Shown here in pieces: positions 37,901-49,072 of a stretch of 64,000 nucleotides of DNA. The notes beneath the pieces are model-generated. The model was given only the letters and a program-made list of their open reading frames with translations. It ran no database searches and had not been told where the DNA came from. The position numbers and the translations under genes are program-made. The stretch's first letter is position 1, and every line of letters starts with the position of its first letter. Source of the DNA: Anthoceros angustus (lineage: Eukaryota; Plantae; Anthocerotophyta); the NCBI GenBank assembly GCA_010909165.1, contig VJWM01000126.1:434001-498000 (forward strand), in the 5' to 3' direction.

Positions 37901-40391
37901 AGGGGTATGAAACAAACATGGAATTTATCCACGTTTTTGCTTTTGACGTTACGTATATGAAGGGGGAGGAGTGGGGAGCACAAGATTGATCTCGAGCCGG
38001 ACACGCAATACAAGCTAAATCCAAAGTATTCGAAGGTAAAGGAACAATTGAGCTCTACTGCGGACGCTATATATCCTATTGTGACATCGGAGTAGCCCCA
38101 ATTGTGGTGGTTCCCAAGCAAGGGAAGATACGGTCCTGTCAGATTGGAGGAAGTTAAACAAGGTGACCAAAAAGACCATTACCCGCTCCATTCATAGACA
38201 ACATAATCGGACTTAGTTGCAGAATGGTCTACCTGCTCGGATGGGTATTCGGTATAATACACATCTCGTGGAGAGTGATTGGCCACAATGCCTTCACTAT
38301 GATCGGGAACCTATGCCTACAAACGGAGTGCGCTCGGATTAACAGGCACCAGATCCTTCATGCGACATGTTGTCAAGATTTTCAAGGAATACCTTAGGGA
38401 CTTCATGGAGGTCTTCTGGATGACTGCGTGTTTGAGCAAAGATCACCTCAACCACCTTCGCAAATGTCCGAACGGTGTCACTGCACAATTGTGTCTACAT
38501 CCCGAGAAATGTTATTTCGCATGCCGAGGGTATTTTGTTGGGGCACCGTGATTGCTGATAGAGGTGATAAGGTCAAAATCATTACCGCCTCAAGCCACCT
38601 ACCACATCAAGGAGCTTAGGGATTCCTCGGAATGGTAGGCTATTATCGAAGGTTTGTGAAGAATTTTTCCGTAAGGGCTCTATGTGCCGCTCGCAAGGAC
38701 CAGGAGTGGAATGGACGCAAAACGAGAGGAGGCCTTCAATGATCTTCGACCACGATCACAAAGACCCACGCCGGGACCGGATCGAGCAAGAAATTCCACG
38801 TGTTTGTAGACGCTTCGCCTATGCAATGCACATTCTAAGCCAAAGGGATGACAAGAAGCACGATTATCCAATCTATTATGCAGGAGGCACCACCGACGCA
38901 GAAGAAGTATACCACCACCGAGAGGGAGGCGCAGGATGGTGTACTCGGTTCGCAAGTTTCACTATTTGCTATCCCACGAGTTCGCCTTTCCATGTGGACC
39001 ACTTCGCCTCAAACACCGTAAACAAAACCGACTTGTCCGGACGCATAGCAAGATGGATCCTACTCCCGCAAGAATTCACGCGGTGGAGACCAGAGGAGGT
39101 AAACATGTGAATGCAGATTACATTTCGAGGTAGAACAGAGGAGGTTACAGACCAAAACGACGATTTTCCGATGAAGCTTTGTTCGCATGAGTTAGAGGGG
39201 AAGCGCACCGAACCATAAGGCGAGGGTAAATGGTGGCTCGGCAGAAATGAGAAGGGAGAACGGATACACAAGGCCCACTCACGAGGAGATGATGGAATTC
39301 GAAACGGAAAATACCACCGGATCTTTCAAACCCCCAAAGGCCAGGCACTATTCGCCCGCTTGTACGACGCAAAGACAATCTGCACAAATCGGACCGGATG
39401 GAAAGTTATGGGTAACAAGCAGTTATCCGAAAGCCGAGAGATGCACGAGGGGAAGCGGAGGATATTTGCGCATATCAAGAAGGTGCTTGAAACGGGTATC
39501 GGTGGCAAACCATGCATCGTGATGCTAGGAGTTTGTTAAACGATGCCCGCCGAGGGTTGGGAAACCGTCCGCAACCACTCAATGGCCAATGGTTCCGATA
39601 TTGGCCCCGCCATTCGAGAAATGGGGAATAGATTTGTTGGTCCCATACACCAAAACGAGGACGCGACAAAACCAATACATCCTCGTGGCCACGACTATTG
39701 CACGCGATGGTGGAAGCCCAAGCACGGTGAGCCTCATGTAGTGGCCAGTTCCTCTATGAACATATTATCACTGATATGGTTGCCCTTGAGCTTGTCACCA
39801 TGAGGGTCACATTTCGTCAACGGTTATATCTCATATGACGATCTACTTCAACGTCACAGAAAACGACTCTTATAATCCCAAGGCAAATGGCTTAACGAAA
39901 AGGCGAATGGGCGTGCAGATCCTCAACAAGCTAACGGTGGAATACGCACGATTGGGATCTTAAGCTTCACTCCGCGCCGCATACAGATCGCAGAAAAATA
40001 ACAACGCAACAAACACCGTACTACCTCACCTACGGCCATTCTCCTAATGCCTATTGAGTTTGAAATTCCCACCGCGATCAGTGAAACTAACCGCATGGCG
40101 AGAGGAAAGTCACCGAACGGTCGCCTTCGCTAAACATACAGAGGATAGGGAACGCGTGAGCGTCATGCGTGATATTCAAACGGAAAATATGGCATGACTG
40201 CGGAAGCAAGAGTGGGTAGTTCCGTGACTTGGCCTCATTGACGACAATAGGTACATGCACTTTGGAAGCTCCATCTGGATGGGGCCATACAAAGTTCTAA
40301 GTCAAAGAATGGCTCAAGACAACCGCAAGAGTTAGCGGATCTCCACTACCACCCGAGTCAATGGGTGGAGGGTCAAGAAGTATTATACATA
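34950..40391 (+). pseudogene. gag-pol of B (gag, protease, RT, RNase H, integrase), heavily frameshifted
   Basis: Fragments HEDPDEFVE (gag), KDHYPLPFID-like and RHVVKIFKEYLRDFMEVF (RT), RIARWILLPQEF (RNase H), WMGPYKV...RVNGWRVKKYY* (integrase C-terminus); order RT-RH-INT is Gypsy. Confidence 0.8.
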
Positions 40392-40426
40392 AGTTGGCGA
40401 GGACGCCAACAAATGAGAAGGGAGTA

Positions 40427-43400
40427 TGTAAACGATCTAGTCTCGAAACCCTGTAAAATGTGCCTCAAGTGAATTTTTTGTTTTTTGAGAGTGGTGTGAA
40501 AATAAGTCGATTGACGGTAGTTGGGGATATTCATAGTAAAAATGTCCTTGGCCTATGGAGTTCTTTTGTTTTATTGCCTAGGTTAGATAATAAATGGTCC
40601 GGAATTTGGTGTTCCTTGGCCCATGGACTCGATATCCACTAAAGGTCTATATATGTGAGGTAGGGGTGGTTATTTGGGGTTGTCCCTATAAGTTAGTCGA
40701 CCGCCAGAATGAATGAGTGTGGGGTTGTGGATTGGGAAGCGGTCGAGACAACCAGAGTAGGGGAACCAAACTTAACCCTAGGAAACCAGTAGTGATGAGC
40801 TCTAAACGGCGGAGCGCAACGGGCCGGACGGAGGGAGTGGAGCGCAACGCGCCGGAGCGAGGTCGAGGAGCCGTGGAGGCACCGTGATCGGGCAGAGCGA
40901 GAGGCGCAACGGGGGGAGGGCCGCCCAACCTCACCCTGAAGTCGCAACGCAGGAAGGAAGGCGCGCCGCGCGGCGCGCCGGAGGAGGTAGGAACCTCGAG
41001 TCGACCTCTGTGAAATTCGCAGCGAGGTGGCACCTATTTGAGGCGAGACCGTGAAGACGGAGAGGATGGCGCCCAAGGTCACCACCGAGATTGTGCTTGC
41101 CCAATGGCCAACATGGATCATTGGAAAGTTCGATGGGGTGAAGGAGGAGCCGGGTTTCATGGAAGAGCGGTGGAATTACATGAACTGGATCGGCAGGAGT
41201 GCGCCGCCACCTAAAAGACAAGCAACGCGGGAATTAGAGCAAAACCGGATTGGGACCGCATTGGTTAGGGTGTATGGGCGCAAGGAGGAGGCGGGGTTTG
41301 GTGATGGAACCTTCAAAAGGAGCACAAGAAGAAGCAGCCGGTGAAGGGGCGAATCCGGAACCCAATGGTTGGTCGACGCGAGATTGGCAACACAGCTTAA
41401 TGGGTCCGCCAGATGGCTTCTGTTTCCTACAAGACAAGAAGCGTGGATTATTTGTCCGACCACTGCCGTTGTTCCTCCATGAAGTGGGCCAAAATCGAGG
41501 GACGAATCCTCTCGAGAAGTTGAGTGAAGAGAGGTTGAACACCTCCTACCTCCTCTAATTTCACCATTCCTAGTCCATCTTTATGCGCATGCTAATTGCC
41601 CCGCCAGAGGTGGAGATTGTAGCCTCCTTCATGTGGAAGCCAGGGAGGTGAAGTGGAAGGCGGAGGAGCCCAAGGAGGAAATTGAGGAGGAATCGGGAGT
41701 CCATGGCGAGTGCCTGAGGAAGAGAAGGAAATTCTACCAAGAAGAAGAGGAAGACCGGGGTGGCGATGTCCCAAAAAAGGTGAAGGCGGACGCTGGCACC
41801 AGTCAAGTGCGCGCCATGAAAAGCAAAGAAAATGAAAGCCAAACGGCATGAGGTGGCGGAGGAAGAGGCGCGATCCGAGGACAATTTTGCGACTGGATGC
41901 GATGATGAGCGCCCCGAGGGTTAGGTCGACCTCGTGAGCGGACCCTCCTCAAAGATGGGAAGAGATTTTCAAGGGACTCCACCGCAATGAGGTGGATGCA
42001 ACCGAATTGGTGAGGGTGCGCACTTTGTTGGGAGGAAAGTTCCAGAGGGATGGCTCGCACGGCCGCCGCAACAAGTGGAATTACAGGAGCCGACCACGAT
42101 GATCCGGGCCCAAGCGTTGGACCAAGCGGCCTTAGCCTCACATCGCCTGGGCAAGGGCGGCGGAGGAAGTGGTGAAGGCTGTGTGATTTAAGGAGAAGCC
42201 AGCAAGCAAGCGAGGAGATAAGCCTGTGAGGATTTGTGCAGGGCCTGTGAGAAGTTGCAAGCCATGACGTCGCCAGGAAGCGCTCATGGCTCAAATTAAG
42301 GATGCCCACGAGTCAAACCAGAGATGCAGTGGAGTTGTTGCGAGCCCAGAGCGTGAGGCCTCGTGGAGAAGGTCCCATAAGCTGAACGGTATAAACGGAG
42401 CGGATGAGGCACGGGCCGAACCGTAAAAGAGAAGGGAAGCGAGGTGGCAGGACCACGACCGGTAGTGGAAGGCACTACCGGAAGGAAGCAAGAAGGTAGC
42501 CGAAACACCTACCCTACGGCCGACCAACGACGGTGGAGACCACTCACCGGTAGCGAAGCCAGAATGGGCGGGCGACAGACGCGACGCGCGCCCCGCGAGG
42601 ACATGGACCGTGCAACTGTGTGTAGTCTACGGAGGAGGGGGTAAGCACCTCGCAGCAGGAGGTCCTATTATGTTGCGGCACATGGATGAGGAAACTTATG
42701 TGCCCGGGTCTATATGTGAATGGAGAACGCGGCTTAACTTCACCGCCCATGTGCGTGTGGAAATAGGAGGGATCAGTCCTACCCATCGCAAGTGAGGACC
42801 CGGCGCATACTTCCATTGCGCCTGAGTGGGGATTGGCCCCTATTATGCGAGGCGACTTGGAGGAGTTGAGGAAGAGGAGGTCCAGCTTGGGTGGATGAGG
42901 AACCGTGGTAATCCTCAAGAATAGGCGCAAGATGCGAAGCCCGGTGGTATGCCTCACCAGACGCCCAGCAGGATGTGAGGTGGAAGTGTGGGAAACCCGC
43001 CGACGCCGGTGCGAGGGCTCGTGGCGGCGGGCGAATGGAGGACGGCGGGGCCAAAGTGACGAAGTCGGGAGGGCGCAGGATAGCGAGGCAATAGGTGGTA
43101 GCATCCTAAAGAAATTTGTAGGATGCCCACCGACCTAAGATCGCTTAGAATTGTGGGTGCGCCCCTAGCTTTTTAGGATCCGGAAACTGGGAAACAGGGT
43201 GCCGATGTATAAGAGGGGCAACTTTTGCCCTCCACAATAGATAACTCCTGGTTGAGATCCCCACGCTGCCTGTGGCTGGTTGGAGACGTCCGATTGACAG
43301 AGGTGGTGTGCGCGAGACGCTCCTAGGGGTGGTCGAGAGCTTGCTCCGCAACGGGAGGAAAGGAGGTGATGGAGCAATTTTGCTGACAACGGAGGAGGAA

Positions 43401-44144
43401 GCCAAGGGATCGGCGCGGGGCGGGTCTGGAGCTTGCTCGTAACGCCTGCTGCGACGCCCGCGGTTTCTTCTCTCCTTCACCTTTAAACGAAGTTGTGTTC
43501 AAATGAGAGTGTGAGTGCATGGTTGGAAGCCTGCGAATTGAGGAGGGAGAGAGAGAGAGAGAGATCGGGTGAAGGAGAGATCAAACACGCGATGCGAGGT
43601 GTGAGATCGTAAGTGGGAAGAGGGGTGAGCGAATTGGAGCGCAAAGGAGAATTGTGTGAATTGAGAAACTCAAACCGTGCTTGCGTGGAAAGTGCACAAG
43701 GAAAACAACGCCTCTAGAAACCGTGGGGTGGCGCCTTGTGTGTGTGTGTGTGTGGAGGTGAGGAGCGCGAGGTATCCTAGGAACTTTGGTCCTAGGAACG
43801 GGAGTGCAAGTGTGGAGTGCCAAATGATCCGGAGCAGCCGCCCGTGCAGGATCCGCGCGCCGCACCGTAGATGAGTTGCTAGGGTTTGGTGTGGGACCCA
43901 CCTGTGGTTGTAGCAACTACCCGAGTGGCTAACGGGTCGAGCGAGACGGCGGTCGGAGTTAGTCCGGTAGTTGGAAGTGGGGTAGTAGTAGAGGAGATAG
44001 GTGTAAGAGGAGTAGCGGTCCCCCCTTAGGCAAAGGTTGGTAGTGATAGAAGTAGCGCTTTTGGCACAAACCATTCCTCGGGAGCGAATCCTGTGACTAC
44101 AACGACATGGAGGGTAAATGTGGACCCCACTTGCGTTCACGACA
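40427..44144 (+). repeat. 3' LTR of B (3718 bp), containing a degenerate ORF (~40960-42300) and (AG)n/(GT)n tracts
   Basis: TG...CA termini, preceded by the PPT, collinear with the 5' LTR. Confidence 0.85.
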
Positions 44145-44449
44145 TGGGTCGTCAACCCAAGTGGGCGCCCGGAAGCTTCCAATGCCTTGAGGAGCTCAAC
44201 GTGGTAGTAGGCGAACCGATTCCATTTGCCGGATTGCCTCTTCCACATGCGCCCGGCTGCACTTCTCGCCATAGGTGCTCCCGGAGCTCGAGCGTGCCGT
44301 CCGCTTGCCGGTCCGCCTCGCCAGTTTGTCACCGGAGCGAAGTAGTCTCGTAGGGGCCACGAGGAAGGCCTCTCTCATACTCTCGCACCTGGCCGATGCT
44401 GCACTCAGCCTCCGGAAGGAAACACGGGTCCTGCCACATGGACGGTATG

Positions 44450-46840
44450 CCTGGGGTCTGTAAGGGATGGCCGAGAAGACCTGGAGGTGAAGCCACCCGA
44501 GCGCATGGTACTCCTCCGTGAGCAGCTGAGGGAGCCCAGTGAGGCGAAGGAAGGCCAAGCTCGATTGAGGAAGGAAACGCCGGAGGCGGAGAGGGAGGTC
44601 CGTCCATCCGCAAGGACTGACAAATTCCTTCACCGGAGGAACCGGCAGCCAAGGAGGCCCAAGCGGGCGGAGGACCTCGCAGCAGAGGCGAGCGCAGCAG
44701 AAGCGTGAGGACGGGCGCAAGCGTAACGGGCGCGGATCTCGGAGGCAGACCGACCAGAGCCAAGCCGAGAGGCCTGTGAAGGTGGCCAAGGAGGCGGAGG
44801 CCACGGCGGCCGATCGCGATCACTATCGGATCGGAACCGTGGAGGGAGGCCGAGAGAGCCACGCCAATCAAGGCCGAGCAAGTGGTCATGGAGCAAGCAC
44901 GGTCGAGCCGTGAGGAGGCACTGGAGGCCAGCACCCGGGAGATTGGGGACCCTGTGGTGCAGGAGGTAGAAGGGCGGCAGAGCCGGAGGACAAGAAGGAC
45001 ACCTTGGAGTTGCAACCCAAGATGCATCGGAAAGCAGGGGTTCTCAACGAGAGAATCCAAGACTTCGAGCGAGAGGTAGAACGCCCAGCCCGCTTGAAGA
45101 CGGAGGAGAATAGGCGACGGCAAGGAGTTCGACGCCGCAAGGTTGCGAGGATGTGGAGGAAGCCGAGCCTGACGGGATACCGCCCGGAGAAGGAAGTGGA
45201 GGACCTCCGGAAAGAATAGACGGAGGGAAGAAAGCACGGAGGAGGCTACAGCTTGCTCGTCCGGCTGGTGGAAGAAGGGAGCTCACCCATGGCCCGCAAA
45301 TCGAGCCGGAACAACGACGGGAGGAGGAGAACGCCGAGCAGTCAAGGTTGCAAGAGGTAACGGAGGGCCTTGACGGCCTCAAGGGAGTCCGCCCCACATA
45401 CCGTAAGCTTGGCCACACGGAGACGGGCGATGCCGCTGCCGGAGCACCTCTGGAGGAGGGAGTACCGGGTGCTCCGGGCTCATGTAGAGGAGGCGATTCA
45501 GCAAGTCGATTCCGACTTCGCCTACTACCACGCAGAGCTCCTCAAGGCTCTGGAGGTCCTGCGCCACCCTAGGCAGGAGGGTGGACTTCCAGAAGGGATG
45601 GAAGGAGGAGCGAGAGAGGACGGACCCGGGGACAGCACAACCGCGGGAGTCCTAGGAGCGCTGTTTGACGACGGCAGCAGCGAGGAGAGCAGCGGGAGGA
45701 ACCGGGAGGAGGAAGGGTCGCCACACCGGAGGTAAGCACTCGGCACCCTCGCATGGAAGGACGAGGGGAGGATCTTGGAGAGGAAGGGGAAAGGGTGCAA
45801 CCGGGCATTCGGGAACCAAGGGAGGGCTTGAGATGAACCCTGACTAGCCCGTGAGGAGGCATGCCCAGAGTCGAGGGTCCTGACTTTGTCCCGACTGAGG
45901 AAAGGCCGATCCCGAGGTCCGCCTCAAGGAAGTCCGACTTAGGGATCCAGACTCAGTGACGATCCGACCCGAGGTCCGACCCTGTGGAAGGGTTGTAAGA
46001 CCGACCTGAGGCAAGTCCGAGGACCGACCCGAAGAAGGCCGGGCCTGTGGAGACCGACCTGAGGGAAGACTGACCTAGAGGGACCGAGTCAGACAGGTCC
46101 CGAGGTCCAAACTCGGGAGTGGGGAGAGCCACCACCACCAACCCCAAGCAGATCCACTTGAGGCCCATCGCAGGGCCCGCCAGAGAGAAGAGGGAGGACG
46201 AGGAAGACTGGTGATCGCTGCTGTCGCCGCCGCCACGGGCGCACCGATGCACTCTGAAGAGGAAGGGGTCTACCGCGATCATCCGATTGCGCGCCTGCAA
46301 TGGCTGTGGCTCGCTTTGGGCCGGCCAAGAAGGAATCATCCCCACCACCGACGGCGATAGGCGAATAGGGAGGATAGTAGTTAGGCACACCGAAATGGGC
46401 CTCACCGTAATAGAGGTGTAATAAAGGCCGACCTTCGCGTAGTATAAGAGGGCTAAGGCTCAATAAATCATCTTTCTTGGTGTTGATGCCGCTCTGCACC
46501 TTTGTGTGTCTTCTGCTAACGTGAGTCCCGAGTCACCGAAAGGTGCACGATGCCCCGGGAGATTGATCGTGTGGTCCCGTGACGGACCTAACGTGTGTGG
46601 TGTGGAAGGGTGATCGTGACCCGTGCTCGCCCGGAGCCGCGACCCAAAGACCGAACGGACCGAACGTGAGCCGGAGGAACTCCGGAGGGGCAGAGCCCTG
46701 AGAGGCCCGCGAACGACGGAGGAGGTCCGGGTAACCCGCGCTTTTCTAAGACCGATGTAGCGAGTGGAGAGAGGAAAGGACCGAAGTGTGAGTGACGAAT
46801 GTGAACGACACGGACGCGAACGGTCTCAAACGCTACACCG
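44450..46840 (+). mobile_element. Element A': 3' remnant of a second Tat/Retand-like element (coiled-coil ORF remnant, GGACC repeats, 3' LTR ~46380-46840), opposite orientation to A
   Basis: EYRVLRAHVEEAIQQVDSDFAYYHAELLKALEVL (45460-45560); TATAAGAG at ~46443 and AATAAA at ~46462; reverse-complement similarity to 7109-8325. Confidence 0.6.
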
Positions 46841-46849
46841 GCCCAGACG

Positions 46850-48010
46850 GTGAACGCTGAGTAGTTAGCGATGTGTGTTGAGGCCGAACGAGCGAAGTGA
46901 GGTAAGAATCACCAAACGCGTAAACGGAGCCTATCATTCCCTTTGGGAACGGACTTCTTCCTACAACGACACGGATTGCGGCGCGCCGGCTATCACGAAA
47001 GTCGCGCCACACCATCCTCTCGAGTGAACTGCCCTTGTATTTCATCTTGTTTTCCGCCATTGCCCAACGAAACTTCTCCTCAAACTGCAAGGGACGTGCT
47101 TCCATGTTTTCCCGTGAAGACATCGTTTACTTGGTGTGAACTCAAGCTCCATTCTTGCTCTCCGCCCAATCGCCGAATCACCCCTTGTGATTGGCGTTGT
47201 CTCGTATTGTTCGGTCCTCTTGAATGGCGAGTAGTAGACGCCGTGCACCTCCGATCGAAGATGACGCAGTGTCCTTTCGCCACCCACGATCTCAGGAACA
47301 CCATCAATGGTTACTTCTCCTATGCCTGACCACTGCACGGATGTTGTCAAAGGGCAAATTGTTTCCACCGTTAGCCCAACCAGCTAGCCAGAAAAGTACA
47401 TCCACTGCCTCTATCCACAAACGGCTCCATTTATGCGTGCTCTTCTCCGCATAATTTCGCTAACTCGAATCGTGAAACTACCACACCTAAATCGGTATAA
47501 TCAATGGCGTAATTCACCCATCGAAAAACATCGCCTATCTCTTAGTGCCCTGCAACACCCAACCTTCTCGGATCGCACTGTCTGGTTGGATGGTGGACGA
47601 CTTCCGCCTCTTCCTCCAATCTCCAACACGCCACGCCTCCTCCAAGACTGTATCTTAGTCCCCAACAAGAGGGATTGTTGATGTGGTGAAACTGGGATGG
47701 AAATTTCTCCCAACTCGGTAATGCAACAAACCACAAGAACCTCTAGGAGACAAAGACACGAGGACGGCATGGCTGTCTATTAGAACAAGACAAACATCAA
47801 CAATCCAAGAATTCATGGTGGTGCCCACATATATAGGCAAAATCCCAGAGTTCTCGATAGTGTCCAGTATCGATGGTGGGCACTTTATAATCCTACTTTC
47901 CTTGGCCTTGAAATAATATTTTATGTGTTTAATTATTCGCCTTTTCCTTGATATAGATTGCATGCGCCATGATACATCACACGCCATCCTTCATCTCCAT
48001 ACGCATGCAT
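46850..48010 (-). pseudogene. Unidentified frameshifted ORF (second copy at ~55540-56680)
   Basis: Segments IKHIKYYFKAKESRIIKCPP...GILPIYVGT, AYVEPFVDRGVDV, NLPFDNIRAVVGIGEVTIDGVPEI, RMELEFTPSKNDVFTGKHGSTSLADFEEKFRWAMAENKMKYK recur in both copies. Confidence 0.4.
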
Positions 48011-48325
48011 ACATGGCACACATGCATATATACATGTGTGGCCATCCATGGGCCATGTACATGACATCATCACACTTCAAGATCGTGGCTTATGCGAGAT
48101 GCTCTAGTCGATATCTAGTCATGCATTCGGGGCTTATGCGGGATGCTCTAGTCGATCCCATAGAGTCTTAAGTGCTGCTTCCCATACAAAGACATGACAC
48201 GGGCCCAAGACTGGGAAGGTGATAAAATTACGGACATGGAAACTTTATAAATATGCAAAGATTGGGAAGTCCCTTTACACTGATTGGGTGAGGAACAGCC
48301 CAATGGAGGGACCTAGGCCAAGGAG

Positions 48326-48758
48326 CACGGTGTCATTTTGACCCTGTCCCAAGCTTGGTCCCGATCCCGGCATGTGTTAAAAAAAACATGGGATCGGAGG
48401 TTCTTCAGGAGTCCGGTCCCCAACCCTCGGTCCCCTATTACTCTCGGGGACCGAGGATTCATAAAAGGTCCGGTTCAAAATTAGTAAATTACTTAATTTT
48501 ATATCCAAGGATTTATATTTATTATGGACACATGGACCCATCTTATCATGGACGCAGACTGCAGTCCGCTGGCTGGGCTGCAGTCTGCGGACTCCAGTCT
48601 GCAGTCTTTTAGATTATTATTTATAAATTATTTATTTAATATTTATTATATTTAGTGACCAAGGGTCGCAAAAGGCACAGTCCTCCTCGGTCCGGGACCG
48701 AGCGTAGCAGCTAGGCGGTCCAGGGACTGAGATAATACTCGGTCAAAATGACACACTG
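48326..48758. mobile_element. hAT-type MITE, 433 bp, 8-bp TSD CCAAGGAG
   Basis: CACGGTGTCATTTTGACC ... GGTCAAAATGACACACTG termini; CCAAGGAG at 48318-48325 and 48759-48766; subterminal GGTCCC/GGGACC motifs. Confidence 0.85.
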
Positions 48759-49072
48759 CCAAGGAGGACTAGTCCTCGCTAGATCCAAATGTGTATGCAT
48801 TGTTTCAAACTCCACGCGTATGCGCATTCGGACACTCTCCAGATATTAGGATATCCTTCACGGAGCTCATAACCGTCCTGCGAATTTCAGATTTTCTGAG
48901 AATTATTTATCGTGGACGACACTTGGTTTCCAGCAATGTGTGGCGGTGAGCCTCGGCGCACTTCCTTCCCTGGTAAAACACTAGCACCTGCAAACAACCA
49001 GCGTTAACGGATCTCATGGTGATCGATTGAAGCTGGTATGCTGCCATCGCCAGGTGAGCGTTGGTAGGTTTC

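Larger units (their letters stand above)
8326..44144 (+). mobile_element. Element B: Ty3/Gypsy non-chromovirus (Athila/Tat-group-like) LTR retrotransposon with ~3.7-kb LTRs; 5' LTR split by C1
   Basis: Both LTRs start TGTAAACGATCTAG (8326, 40427) and end CACGACA (34578, 44144); PBS-like TGGCGCTGCGGGAA ~34594; PPT AAATGAGAAGGGAG 40411-40424; probable TSD CGGGT/TGGGT if the LTR's first T is shared. Confidence 0.85.
7109..44450 (-). mobile_element. Element A: 3' remnant of a Tat/Retand-like Ty3/Gypsy element (3' LTR ~7109-7605, GGACCC-rich 3' region, coiled-coil ORF remnant), split by element B; 5' half missing
   Basis: On the minus strand 7109-7605 has TATAAGAG and a ...CA end. 44145-44430 (minus) reads RAHVEEAIRQMES-FAYYHVELLKALEA and continues into 8325-8100, collinear with the homologous element at 45400-46830. 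Confidence 0.6.

Noticed and set aside
7109-46840. A and A' as long TIRs of one giant foldback element
   Set aside because: Both ends have LTR-like TATA/polyA features, are clearly diverged from each other, and no flanking TSD was found.
47820-47930. GILPIYVGTT as a GIY-YIG nuclease motif
   Set aside because: Only a partial match; the upstream GIY and downstream Arg/Glu residues could not be placed.
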